The translations under genes were made by a program, and so were the position numbers. The notes under the pieces are model-generated. The model did not search any database and was not told the origin of the DNA. It was given only the letters and a program-made list of their open reading frames with translations. Source: Gemmatimonadota bacterium (GTDB lineage Bacteria > JAAXHH01). From it: a stretch of DNA of 64,000 bases. The stretch lies in NCBI GenBank assembly GCA_026706345.1, contig JAPOYX010000026.1, forward strand, positions 1,863-65,862, given 5' to 3'. Of the stretch, positions 1-9,718 are shown one piece after another. Positions within the stretch are counted from its first letter, which is position 1. Each line of letters begins with the position of its first letter.

Positions 1-1569
1 CACAGCGCCGGTGAGGAAGTCCTCGGTGTCTGGGAACGCGTCGCTCAGCGCGCGATTCACCCAGTCCACGATTCCCGCGAACGAGCGGAAATTAACCGAC
101 AGAGTGAGCGGTGTCAGCCGGATGGTGCCAATCCCGTTCGTCTGGGCCTGTAGAAAAAGTCCCACCTCGGCTTCGCGAAAGGCGTAGATAGACTGCATCG
201 GATCGCCGACCAAGAACAACGTTCGCTCATCGCCGGGCCGCCAGTCCCTGATGAGCCTGGAAAGCAAATCAAACTGGCTCTGGGACGTATCCTGGAATTC
301 ATCGATTAGTAAATGCTGGATCTGACAGTCCAGCGCATTGGACAGGTCGGTAGGCTCCGTATCCGGTCCCAGGGCGTTTCGTGCGCCAATCGCCATCTCC
401 GTGAAGTCGACATGGCCTTCTTCCTGAAACACTGTCCTAAGCTGGTCTACGGCTAAAGGCAGTAATAGCATCAGGGCATTCAATATGTCCCACTGTGGTT
501 CTTCAAAGTCCGGCGGAGGCAGCGATCGTACCTTGTACAATGAAGCGATGCAGACCTCGTCTAGTTCGATATTGGCGAAACGGTCTTTGGCGGCCCGGCC
601 ATCGCCGGTGGACGGAAAACCTTCCTTCACGGTAAGCCTCTGGCGTCTTTCCCCCTTTGCAGTCAGGAACATCTCCGCGAGTCCCAGCCAGACCGGCAGC
701 GAATCAACGGAGGCATCCGGGAAACGCTGGAGATCATAACAGGCTTCCAGAACGGACCTTTGGCCGATCGCATTACTGTCTGCTTGGCCCGCGTCCCGAA
801 GATTCCCGGCCGCGAAACGAGCAAGTTCGACCGTCTCGTTCCTGTATTGTGCGGGGAATGCCGCATTGACCTCTTCCAAGGCATCTGCGATTATCTGCCT
901 GATGGAGGACTCCAGTTCCGCCCGCAGCGTTTCGGACTCAGCCTTTCTGCCCACATAGCGCATCCATTGGTCGCGGGTCCTGAGCATAACGCTCAATAGC
1001 TCCTCGATCCGTCCGACGTTATTGTCCAGATGAGCCAGTAGTTTTGACAAAGCCTCCGAAACTTCGGCGGACGTCCCCTCTGAATCCAAGGAGATCAATG
1101 TCAGGCGGGCCGCCCGATCATACAGGTAACCAGCATTATCGATCGGCTGCAGCGCAGCCCCCATGCGGGAAATCCAAGGCATCTGCCGAACCAGCATGGC
1201 GCATAGTGAATCGATCGTCTGTATTCGAAGCCGCGTCGGATGATCGGAAAGGTGCCAGTCCATCCTGTTGTTTCGAGCCAGGACATCACGGGCGAGTTGC
1301 CAGGTGCGCTGCTCATGGGGTGTCGAAGGTTGAGGTCCGGCAGCGCGCTTCAGAGCGGCTAAGATCCGGTGACGCATCTCTGCGGCCGCCTTCCGTGTAA
1401 AGGTAATAGCGACGACGGCCTCGGGCCGATCCACACGGGCCAGCAACGTCAGAAACCGCTGAATGAGCAATTCGGTCTTTCCCGATCCCGCGGGCGCCTG
1501 CACGATGAAGGACCGGGTGGGATCGAGAGCCTGTTGACGTTGCTCCTGATCTGCTGCGAGGTTAGGCAT
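1..1569 (-). CDS. UvrD/AddA-type ATP-dependent DNA helicase, N-terminal part; the gene runs off the window start. The six-frame ORF track does not list it because it is open-ended.
   Basis: Reverse translation from the ATG at 1567-1569 gives MPNLAADQEQRQQALDPTRSFIVQAPAGSGKTELLIQRFL (Walker A AGSGKT). Further on it shows LIDEFQDTS (DExx-type motif II) and VGDPMQSIYAFREAEV (UvrD motif III). It is co-oriented with the AddB-like gene immediately upstream. Confidence 0.8.
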   Translation of the reverse strand, partial: MPNLAADQEQRQQALDPTRSFIVQAPAGSGKTELLIQRFLTLLARVDRPEAVVAITFTRKAAAEMRHRILAALKRAAGPQPSTPHEQRTWQLARDVLARNNRMDWHLSDHPTRLRIQTIDSLCAMLVRQMPWISRMGAALQPIDNAGYLYDRAARLTLISLDSEGTSAEVSEALSKLLAHLDNNVGRIEELLSVMLRTRDQWMRYVGRKAESETLRAELESSIRQIIADALEEVNAAFPAQYRNETVELARFAAGNLRDAGQADSNAIGQRSVLEACYDLQRFPDASVDSLPVWLGLAEMFLTAKGERRQRLTVKEGFPSTGDGRAAKDRFANIELDEVCIASLYKVRSLPPPDFEEPQWDILNALMLLLPLAVDQLRTVFQEEGHVDFTEMAIGARNALGPDTEPTDLSNALDCQIQHLLIDEFQDTSQSQFDLLSRLIRDWRPGDERTLFLVGDPMQSIYAFREAEVGLFLQAQTNGIGTIRLTPLTLSVNFRSFAGIVDWVNRALSDAFPDTEDFLTGAV

Positions 1570-4207
1570 CGTCTTCCTCCAACTCGACGGATCCCTGGCT
1601 TACCCGACATAATGACGGCAACGCGCAGAATCTACAGGTCTGATTACGGTCCTTGGGATTAACTTCCGCCCGTCCGGCTCTGTAGTCGCGGCCAAGCCGA
1701 TCCAGCGCTTCGCTCCACGCTTTGATCGTGTCCTCCATCGGTGTTTCACCGTCGGGGACCTTAACACCGCGACCGGGAACGATACCGGTGGCGTTGGCCA
1801 GGCCTCGAAAACGCACATCTCCGGCCGTGACCCTGCCGAAGAACACGCCTGCGACCGCATCGTCCGTGGCCACGGCGTAGATGGGCAGTTGGGGATTATC
1901 CGGACGGGGCCCCTCCCAATCGGAAGGGCTGCAAGATCCTGTTTTATAGTCGATGATGACGATTTCACCGTTCTCAAGACGGTCCACCCGGTCGACTCGG
2001 ATCGTCATCTCAACACCACCTACTGTAACACGTTGCCATTTTTCCTGTTCGAGGATCGTGAACGGCTTCCGCGCCGTTTCAAGGCGCAGCCAGTTCCTGA
2101 TAATGCCTTCCAGCCTGGCCTGTTCGATCTTTATGAACCGGGGATTTCGCACCGCCCAATCGCCCAACTGATTCAGGATCTCAGAACTGACGTTTATGCG
2201 GATGATATACGCCAACTCGTCCTCGGAGACGGATTGCAGTCCGTGGTGGGATCCCAGCCGTTCCCAGACACGCTCGAGAATGCGGTGAACCAGGCGTCCC
2301 CGGTCGAGGGCGTCCAGTCCGGGTACCGGCTCATCCGGCGTGCTGGCGCCGAGCCGCGATTCAGCAAAGGCCCTGAACGGACAGGCCGCCTGAAGCGTGA
2401 ACAGGGAGGTCCCGCCCCTGAGCGCCTCATCGTCGCACGGTGGTCCACGGTGGTCGTGTATTGTTTCCATCCTGGGGATGCTTAGAAGTTGATCTGCGTA
2501 ACTGGACGATGTGAGCAACCCCAAGTCGGCAGCCGGTTTCTCGGGCAGTGAAAAGAAAAGCGGGCTGACCCTGAGATCCGAATCGTCTTCCCGCTCAGGA
2601 TAGCTGACGACAATAGACGGTGCGCTCGAAAGGAGACGATCGGTGAACAGCCGGTAGTACTCCAGTTCCCGTGCCGGCGTCGACCGGGGCAACTCGAAAC
2701 GACGTTGCAGACGAAGCGGAAGGAACGGATCGGGCGCGGGAACCGCAGGCCAGGCACCGTCGTGCATTCCCATGATCCAGAGCCGGTCAAAACTCAGGCC
2801 GGCAGTTTCCAACTCGCCCAAGATCTGAACCGGTGCGGGTGATGACTCCGGTTGAAACAGTCTGGATGAAGCAAGATCTTCAAGTATATCCACCGCATCG
2901 ACGAGCGGGACGGGACCGGAAACGCTATCGAGTCTGGCCAGTTCAGATAGAAGCTCTTTCCAGACTTTCATGGTCTGGTATTCGATACTGTCGAGCTCTC
3001 GATCTCCGGGCCACCCGATGTCACCCAGTAAGCCTGAGAGGACCGACGCCCAGTCACTGGGCATACGCGGAGGCTGCAGGGTCCTGTATTGGTCCGTCCA
3101 CGGTCCGAACCGGGCCACGAGTTCGGGACAGTGGTGCGAGGTGTCATTTTCTCGGGCCAGCCCGACGAATTCCCAGAGTGAAACATGAGTCTGTCGACGC
3201 GAGCGCAAGGTTACATCCAGCAGGGCACGACTTGTCATCTCTTCCTTGGCGCCGTACAGGAACGGCGAACGCAGAATCTGACCGGCACGCTCGATCGGGA
3301 TATCCTGGGGGTCCGTTCTCAAGATCAGGAATGCTGCCTGGATAATCGGGTATTCGTCGACGGGAAGTCCGACTCCGATATTAAACAGACGCGTTGTGTC
3401 CAGGTTCGGTTGGAGTCGGGTGCGGGGATGGAACACCTCACCGAAAACGCGTTCTATCTCGCCCCGGCGCTGCTCCAGACCGGGAACGACGATACCGATC
3501 TGAAACGTTGGAGCCGCAGTTTCCGACACGTCCTCCAGGATTCTGCGCGCCCATTCGGCGGCGGCACGGATCTCACGGCCGGCGTCGGCCAGACCAATGC
3601 GTACGGCGTCGCCAACAGTATCTGGATGTTCGCGATCCCGGATTTCCACTTCGCGGCGTGCGAGAACATCGATCAGTCTTTGTTGGACAGGAGTCCGTTC
3701 ATGAAATCCCGCGAACTCGACTTTTTCAGGGACCGAGACTTCACCCCGCTCAATGAGATCTGCGACAACGGAAGATAGTTCCGCGTTCGAGAACCAGCCC
3801 TTCTCACGACAACGCGTATGGAACTCCCTGGCCCACCCGTAGAACGCTTGGGAGTCCGCCGAGTCCTTCCACTCCGTGGCATCAAGCGACAGATTCCAGC
3901 TACACAAGAGCTCCCAGGATTTGAGCGCCGCCTTAGCGGTAGCGGGTATATCCAGTGGCAGAATATCGGTCTGTGATCGAATGATCTCTTCCCAGATCAC
4001 CCGTTCTTCAGCTGGCCAGAGCAGCCGATTGGTTGTGTCCGCCGCCCGTTCGGAGAACAGCCAGGTTTTCCATAAATCTAGTAGCCAGTCGGATAATTCC
4101 AGAATCTCTGCCGAGGGCCAGGAGGGAAGGTCCGCCGCTTCTTGTTTCCAATTGTATTGCTGACGGAGTTCGCGGAAGAGCCGGGTGGTAGCGGTGATGA
4201 TGGTCAT
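1562..4207 (-). CDS. AddB-like PD-(D/E)XK (RecB-family) nuclease, the double-strand-break repair partner of the helicase
   Basis: 881-aa ORF. The C-terminal region has GEIVIIDYKTGSCSPSDW (RecB-type nuclease D..E.K core with Cys) and NQTCRFCALPSLCRV (Cys cluster typical of the AddB Fe-S domain). It sits directly upstream of a UvrD/AddA-like helicase, the addB-addA order seen in alphaproteobacteria-type systems. Confidence 0.7.
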   Translation of the reverse strand: MTIITATTRLFRELRQQYNWKQEAADLPSWPSAEILELSDWLLDLWKTWLFSERAADTTNRLLWPAEERVIWEEIIRSQTDILPLDIPATAKAALKSWELLCSWNLSLDATEWKDSADSQAFYGWAREFHTRCREKGWFSNAELSSVVADLIERGEVSVPEKVEFAGFHERTPVQQRLIDVLARREVEIRDREHPDTVGDAVRIGLADAGREIRAAAEWARRILEDVSETAAPTFQIGIVVPGLEQRRGEIERVFGEVFHPRTRLQPNLDTTRLFNIGVGLPVDEYPIIQAAFLILRTDPQDIPIERAGQILRSPFLYGAKEEMTSRALLDVTLRSRRQTHVSLWEFVGLARENDTSHHCPELVARFGPWTDQYRTLQPPRMPSDWASVLSGLLGDIGWPGDRELDSIEYQTMKVWKELLSELARLDSVSGPVPLVDAVDILEDLASSRLFQPESSPAPVQILGELETAGLSFDRLWIMGMHDGAWPAVPAPDPFLPLRLQRRFELPRSTPARELEYYRLFTDRLLSSAPSIVVSYPEREDDSDLRVSPLFFSLPEKPAADLGLLTSSSYADQLLSIPRMETIHDHRGPPCDDEALRGGTSLFTLQAACPFRAFAESRLGASTPDEPVPGLDALDRGRLVHRILERVWERLGSHHGLQSVSEDELAYIIRINVSSEILNQLGDWAVRNPRFIKIEQARLEGIIRNWLRLETARKPFTILEQEKWQRVTVGGVEMTIRVDRVDRLENGEIVIIDYKTGSCSPSDWEGPRPDNPQLPIYAVATDDAVAGVFFGRVTAGDVRFRGLANATGIVPGRGVKVPDGETPMEDTIKAWSEALDRLGRDYRAGRAEVNPKDRNQTCRFCALPSLCRVSQGSVELEEDDA

Positions 4208-4265
4208 GGTGGGGTGATCATGCGAAGGGGATGGCGAGTTAACGAAAGTGCGGTCTTAGAATCAC

Positions 4266-4988
4266 TCAGTAACGCCAATCGTCATGCGCGAGAGGTGCAC
4301 TGTTTAATTCGTCCCGGTACAATCGCCACTGGGGAAGATGTTTGTCCATCAGTTCTCTGAACCGGTCGTTATGCCTGCGCTCGATCAAGTGAACCATTTC
4401 GTGCACGAGGATGTACACCAGGCAGGATGCTGGTTTCTTGGCTAACTCTAGATTCAACCAGATACGTTTCGTCTCGATGTTGCAGGAGCCCCAGAGGGTT
4501 TTCATCCTCTTGATACGGATGTCGTTTACCGTTACACCAATTTTATGTTCCCATTCGGTCTTCAACGCCACCACCTGATTCCGAAGTTGGCGCCGATACC
4601 ACCGGTGCAGTACAGCTTCCCGTGCTTTCCGGTCGGCACTGGGACGGAAGCATAACTCCATCCTCGTATTGTTTAACAGTCGGACACCAGATGGACCATC
4701 GAACTCACTCGCCTGTAGTCGGTAGCGACGACCTCTATAGTAATGACTTTCACCCGACACGAACTCGCGCTGAGACTGTCGGACTTGCTTTTCGAATTCG
4801 GCCTGTTTCTTACGAATCCATGCCAGACGGGAGACAACCGCCGCCCTGACGGCATCGTCATCTAGATGCAACGGTGCGGCCACGCGGACTCTGCCATTCG
4901 GAGGATATACGCCAAGGTGGAGGTTCTTGATGTCCTTGCGGACGATCTCTACCGCTGTTCCACGTACTTCGATGAGGTGACCACTCAA
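4266..4988 (-). CDS. YgjP/SprT-like zinc metallopeptidase (DUF45, M48-related)
   Basis: 240-aa ORF with the HEXXH motif LVYILVHEMVHLIERRHNDRF. It lies 2 bp downstream of hsdR. This family is a frequent neighbour of Type I restriction-modification genes. Confidence 0.75.
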   Translation of the reverse strand: MSGHLIEVRGTAVEIVRKDIKNLHLGVYPPNGRVRVAAPLHLDDDAVRAAVVSRLAWIRKKQAEFEKQVRQSQREFVSGESHYYRGRRYRLQASEFDGPSGVRLLNNTRMELCFRPSADRKAREAVLHRWYRRQLRNQVVALKTEWEHKIGVTVNDIRIKRMKTLWGSCNIETKRIWLNLELAKKPASCLVYILVHEMVHLIERRHNDRFRELMDKHLPQWRLYRDELNSAPLAHDDWRY

Positions 4989-4989
4989 C

Positions 4990-7900
4990 TCAGTATTCGT
5001 CCTGGTGTTTTGCGATTTCGAAAATCGCGTTTACGAGTACGTCGTTGCCGTCGAGTTCCGACCTGATGGCATTACGGATCTTACGTTCCTTCAACGTGTT
5101 GCCCCGCCAATCATCCATTTTCGCAGTCCTTATCGTCTTATCCAATGATAAGGCTTTCGCCTCCGTAACATCCTCGGTCGATTCAAACGGGAAGTCGGGT
5201 GTTTGTTGTGCAACTTTCAGACCCTGAACTCCAACCAGGTTGTCGTATAGAGATCTCAATGCCGAGGTGTTTATGGTCGAAGGATAGGACGCGGAGGTAT
5301 CGGATGCTGGATTGTTTACTTTTTTTGCCAGTTCAACCATCTGAGCCAGGTATTCCTTGTATTCCAGTGCTTCCTGCTTGCGCTGGCGAATCAGATCGTC
5401 CAGCAATCGCGACATTTTCTCATAGTACTTTGGATTGACCGGTGCCTCGTCGATGATCAGTCGACGGACGTTATTCTCAATGGTCGAACTTACGGCTTCT
5501 TTGTCCTCTCGCATGGATTCAGGTAGCGCATCGACTGCGTCTTCACCATCTCTGACGATCAGTTCTACCAGAGTCATATCGTCGAACGTGGAAACCTGCT
5601 CACTTTCCTCTGCCCGGATATAGGTGTCGAGCAGGTGACGCATAGCAGGCTCGAACATCTTCATGTCGACAAAGTCTCCGCTGTTAAGCTTGACGACTTT
5701 CCGAGCTTTCTCGAAATGGTCCACTTCGTTTTTTATCTTCGCCGTCTCTGCCTCGGTGTAGCCGGCTTCCTGCATCTCGTTAGCCAGGTTTGCATATGCA
5801 CGCAGGAAAGCCGCCGTAAGTTTATAGAAAGCAATACGTTTCGGTTCGTTTTCTTTGAGTAGTTCAGCATCACTACTTGTCGAACCACAGAAGTACTTGA
5901 TATACGCGAAAGTATCGCGAGGCGGCTCGACAGGTTCCGTCAGCGCCTTGATCGCCTCCCTTGCTTCCTCCAACCGCTCACGACCTTGCTGGAGTCGGTC
6001 TTTTAGCAAGCCTTTTACATCTTCGGCATCGTACCCATCAAATGCTGCACCGGTGTAATCTTTGATCGACTGTTCCAGGGATTTGAAGAGGTCTTTGTAA
6101 TCGATAATATACCCGTATTCCTTGTCCTCACCGTCAAGACGGTTGACCCGGCAGATCGCCTGGAACAACCCATGGTCCTGCATATGCTTGTCGATGTAGA
6201 GACAGGTCGCGGGAGGCGCATCGAAACCGGTCAGCAGTTTGTCCACCACGATCAAGAGTTTCATCTGTCCGGGACTTTCGATGAAGCGCTTCTTGACTTC
6301 CTGCTCGAATCGGTCGGCCTTTTGCATAGCCGAGTCTTCGGGCTCGTTGAAATGATCCGCGAGCATCTTGCGGTAGACTTTGTACTTGAGCAGTCTCTCC
6401 GTGACTCCTTCGCCGGTCTCCTCCCCTTTGATATCCGCGGTGGCCGGCCGGTAGGAGGTGACGATGGCGCATTTCCCCTCCAGGCCATGGTTCTGAAACA
6501 TCTCATAGATGCGACAGGCAGAGTAGATGCTGTCTGAGACGAGCAAAGCGTTGCCTCGGTCGCTCTTAAGGCGGTCGCGTGTCTCCATGTCCAACAGAAT
6601 GTCCGCCACGATCTTCTCTAAACGATCCTGTGAACTCAACACCCTACGCATCGTGCCCCAGCGTTGCTTGAGCTGGGCCTTCGCCACATCACTCAAACCC
6701 TTGGTCTTGACGTCGAACCACAGATCGACCTTGTCCTGAGAGGTGATGTTCTGGTCTATGTCACGCGCCTCGTAGCGCAGATCCAGTACCACGCCATCGT
6801 TCACCGCTTCGTCGTATTTGTAGGTGTGTATGTAAGGTCCGAAGGTCTCAATACTTCGCCTTTTGTCATCTCTAAGCAACGGAGTGCCGGTAAACCCGAT
6901 CAGCACTGCTTCCGGCAGCAGGGAGGTCATTGCCGCGTGGAGTTTCCCGGACTGGGTGCGGTGACACTCGTCCACGAAGACGAAGATATCGCCCTTTGTG
7001 CGGAAATCGTCGGGAAGGTGTTTCCGGATATCTTCGAGGAACGCGTCGATATCGCCTTCCTCCGACGCGCCGAATTTATGGATCAGAGAGCAAACCAACC
7101 ACTCGTTGGCGGTGTTCAGTACATGCACTAGATCGGCACCGCTCTTGGTTCGATGGATATCCTCACTGACGCCCTTGAAGACCTTCTCAATCTGCTCGTC
7201 CAGTTCGGTGCGGTCGGTGATGATAAGGACGTGCCCGCCGCCGTTTAAGTTCTCACGTATCCACTTCGCCAGCCAGACCATGGTCAGACTTTTTCCACTG
7301 CCCTGGGTGTGCCATATGACGCCTCCTTCGCGCCGGTTCACGCGCTCCTGAGCGGCACGTACGCCGAAGTACTGATTGTGACGACATATCTTTTTATTCC
7401 CCGTGTCGAAGACGATGAAGTCGTGTACGATCTCCAATAGCCGCTTCTTGTCGCAAAGTTGACTGAGTTCCTGGAGCAGTGGATTGTCATCAATGGCGTT
7501 TGAGGGTTCTTGTTCCTTCCAACGCAGCCAGTACTTCTCAGGTGTCTCTATCGCGCCGTAACGAAGTCCTTCCGTCTCGTTACCCGCCATAACCAGTTGT
7601 ACGGTCGTAAAGAACGGACGGATGAACTCCTTCTTCTGGCTGTCCAGATTCTGTCGGATGCCCTCGCTTACCGATACAATAGATCGCTTCAATTCCAGCA
7701 CGCCTATGGCGATGCCGTTGACGTACAGTACAAGATCGGGGCGTCGTGTATGCTCACCGACGACTGTCACCTCTTCGGCGATGGCGAAGTCGTTGTTTTC
7801 GGGATTCTCCCAGTCGATTAGCCAGACAGTAATGGTCTGCTCTCCGACCTCCGGCTGAACTTTTACACCGTAGCGGAGCATTTCATACGTCTCGCGGTTG

Positions 7901-8169
7901 GAATCGTAGAGTGTTCTGCTTCCGCCGAGTGCTGTCGCCTTGCCAAAAGAAAACAGTGTCTTGGCGATAATCCCGTCATCGTGACCTTGGCGCTTGAGCC
8001 AGTCGGTGATCAGACCCTCTTCTATGTTGCCGTTGTCGGGCCGGTCCTTCCAGTTGCCGAGATAGGCGTAGCCGAGCACATCGTCAAATAACGCCACAAC
8101 ACACTGCTGTGTGAGGATCTCCTGTTCGCCGACTTTGCTCATGACTCGGGGTTTCCCGTGTTTTAACAC
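4990..8169 (-). CDS. hsdR: Type I restriction enzyme R subunit (HsdR), SF2 helicase/endonuclease
   Basis: 1059-aa ORF. Motif I is VIWHTQGSGKSLTMVWLAKWI. The DEAH-type motif II is FVFVDECHRTQSGK. The N-terminal region and overall length are HsdR-like. Confidence 0.9.
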   Translation of the reverse strand: MLKHGKPRVMSKVGEQEILTQQCVVALFDDVLGYAYLGNWKDRPDNGNIEEGLITDWLKRQGHDDGIIAKTLFSFGKATALGGSRTLYDSNRETYEMLRYGVKVQPEVGEQTITVWLIDWENPENNDFAIAEEVTVVGEHTRRPDLVLYVNGIAIGVLELKRSIVSVSEGIRQNLDSQKKEFIRPFFTTVQLVMAGNETEGLRYGAIETPEKYWLRWKEQEPSNAIDDNPLLQELSQLCDKKRLLEIVHDFIVFDTGNKKICRHNQYFGVRAAQERVNRREGGVIWHTQGSGKSLTMVWLAKWIRENLNGGGHVLIITDRTELDEQIEKVFKGVSEDIHRTKSGADLVHVLNTANEWLVCSLIHKFGASEEGDIDAFLEDIRKHLPDDFRTKGDIFVFVDECHRTQSGKLHAAMTSLLPEAVLIGFTGTPLLRDDKRRSIETFGPYIHTYKYDEAVNDGVVLDLRYEARDIDQNITSQDKVDLWFDVKTKGLSDVAKAQLKQRWGTMRRVLSSQDRLEKIVADILLDMETRDRLKSDRGNALLVSDSIYSACRIYEMFQNHGLEGKCAIVTSYRPATADIKGEETGEGVTERLLKYKVYRKMLADHFNEPEDSAMQKADRFEQEVKKRFIESPGQMKLLIVVDKLLTGFDAPPATCLYIDKHMQDHGLFQAICRVNRLDGEDKEYGYIIDYKDLFKSLEQSIKDYTGAAFDGYDAEDVKGLLKDRLQQGRERLEEAREAIKALTEPVEPPRDTFAYIKYFCGSTSSDAELLKENEPKRIAFYKLTAAFLRAYANLANEMQEAGYTEAETAKIKNEVDHFEKARKVVKLNSGDFVDMKMFEPAMRHLLDTYIRAEESEQVSTFDDMTLVELIVRDGEDAVDALPESMREDKEAVSSTIENNVRRLIIDEAPVNPKYYEKMSRLLDDLIRQRKQEALEYKEYLAQMVELAKKVNNPASDTSASYPSTINTSALRSLYDNLVGVQGLKVAQQTPDFPFESTEDVTEAKALSLDKTIRTAKMDDWRGNTLKERKIRNAIRSELDGNDVLVNAIFEIAKHQDEY

Positions 8170-8345
8170 GTTACGACGGATTGCCTGTTATCTGTCAGGT
8201 GTTGTATCCTTCAGATGCTGTTCGACTCATACACGGACAGATGATCATGCAGACCGAGGTTCGATCACTTGATACCGCAACGTTCAAAAAGTTCGATGTT
8301 GCGGGTCGCGGATGATGGCGTCGGACAGGTCAGTCAGGCGGCAAT

Positions 8346-8588
8346 TCAATCGAAACTCGGGGGGTCTCGCATCGGTTCTCGGGGTGGTACGTCAAACTCC
8401 ACACCACCCAAAGGAGCAAAGCGAGCACGTATAGCGCGTGCCAAATTGACCGGAGGTATGTCTTCGGTCAGCACCACCTTCAAAATCTCCCGAACTTCCT
8501 CCTCCATTGAGCGGCCATGCTCGGCTGCCCGCATACGCAATCGTTGTTTTAAGTCATCGCTCAAGTTGCGAATCGTAATGCTTGCCAT
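8346..8588 (-). CDS. Ribbon-helix-helix antitoxin (FitA/VapB-like, Arc/MetJ type)
   Basis: 80-aa ORF beginning MASITIRNLSDDLKQRLRMRAAEHGRSMEEEVREILKVVL, which matches the classical FitA/VapB RHH antitoxin N-terminus. No intact PIN toxin ORF follows it. Confidence 0.75.
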   Translation of the reverse strand: MASITIRNLSDDLKQRLRMRAAEHGRSMEEEVREILKVVLTEDIPPVNLARAIRARFAPLGGVEFDVPPREPMRDPPSFD

Positions 8589-8617
8589 TGATTCTCCGTC
8601 TTTTGTAAAGGAGCCTC

Positions 8618-9463
8618 TCAGTGTTCGTTTAGAGTGGCGTTGAGAGACTGCTCTAATTCGTTACCTAGCGATTCAAGCCCCTCTCTGTTTGGAAAATAAT
8701 GGATGTGACGAATCTGTTGAAGATCAAAAGGCACGTCTTCTCTGTTCTGTGTTATGAGAACCGTGTCGCGTCCACGCGCGTGCGCCAGTCCGGCTTCGTA
8801 CAGAACGTTTGGATTCCTTCCGGTCAGATCGCAGATGACCAGCCGACTTTGGACAATATTGTTGAATATGTCGTCGACGATTTTGGTAGGTCCATATATC
8901 TCATCTACGCGCAGGGCAGGATAGCCGACCTTCTCGCAAACAGCTTTGATGATATCATAGACAGGATTGAACTCGTCCTTAAAGGGCATCATGACAGCGA
9001 TTTGTTCTAATCTCGGGAGTGGCCACGTTTTAACGTCGAACAGTTTTGGCAAATCAGGATCGCCACGATCTTTCAATAGCTCGAAAACTTTCGATACCAA
9101 GTTGCCCCTTTTCACAGCCCAGTGAGTTCGCGTGCGTTCCCAATCCTCAGTATCAAACAACTCGCTCCCGAACACTTCTTCCGAACTCAGTCCCTTGGTT
9201 AGATGTTTGTATGAAAACCTGATACTGCGACTTAAAACTCGAACGTCTTCAAGTTGCGTAAAAAAGGCGGGGGTATGGGGTTCACTTGTTGGGCCTGCGA
9301 CCTCCGCTACAACTAAAGCAGGGAGTTCTGAAAGGTCATCCACGTTTTCTCCAAATTCTAGACGTTCCGCAGGAAAAGTAGATGCCCCCGACCAACGTTT
9401 AAAAATATCAGCCGACGGATTCCAAAAACAGATCAGGTTGTAGTAATCAAGCGACCAGTTCAT
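8618..9463 (-). CDS. Two-domain protein with a C-terminal nucleoside 2-deoxyribosyltransferase-like/TIR-like (SLOG superfamily) domain; possible abortive-infection effector
   Basis: 281-aa ORF. The C-terminal region is VMMPFKDEFNPVYDIIKAVCEKVGYPALRVDEIYG...RLVICDLTGRNPNVLYEAGLAHARGRDTVLI. The NPNV-YE-G-A-A-G motif matches the Rossmann-like 2-deoxyribosyltransferase/TIR-like fold. The N-terminal 130 aa are unrecognised. The gene is AT-richer than the flanking DNA. Confidence 0.55.
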   Translation of the reverse strand: MNWSLDYYNLICFWNPSADIFKRWSGASTFPAERLEFGENVDDLSELPALVVAEVAGPTSEPHTPAFFTQLEDVRVLSRSIRFSYKHLTKGLSSEEVFGSELFDTEDWERTRTHWAVKRGNLVSKVFELLKDRGDPDLPKLFDVKTWPLPRLEQIAVMMPFKDEFNPVYDIIKAVCEKVGYPALRVDEIYGPTKIVDDIFNNIVQSRLVICDLTGRNPNVLYEAGLAHARGRDTVLITQNREDVPFDLQQIRHIHYFPNREGLESLGNELEQSLNATLNEH

Positions 9464-9718
9464 AGACAGTCCCTTCCGTCCATCTCTTCAAGCCAAAATC
9501 GGTTTACACTGGATCAAGCAGTGGCACATGGCCTGTAAGGAACTCATGTTTAAAGCCTTGCTAGACAATATGGGGCTTGTCGTGGTATCGGTCCAGCAGA
9601 GCTATCTCGACAGAGGTTTCCGGAGGATAGCGCGGTTATGGCACGTTGACCATCTTACCCATACCAGACTGCGAGAAACCAACTTTGAAGAAGGGTATCA
9701 AGGCTAAGTATTTTGAAG

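Noticed and set aside
8240-8290. GGTTCGATC T-loop-like sequence that might indicate a tRNA or tRNA fragment at the island edge
   Set aside because: No acceptor-stem or anticodon-arm pairing could be built around it, so it is likely a chance match.
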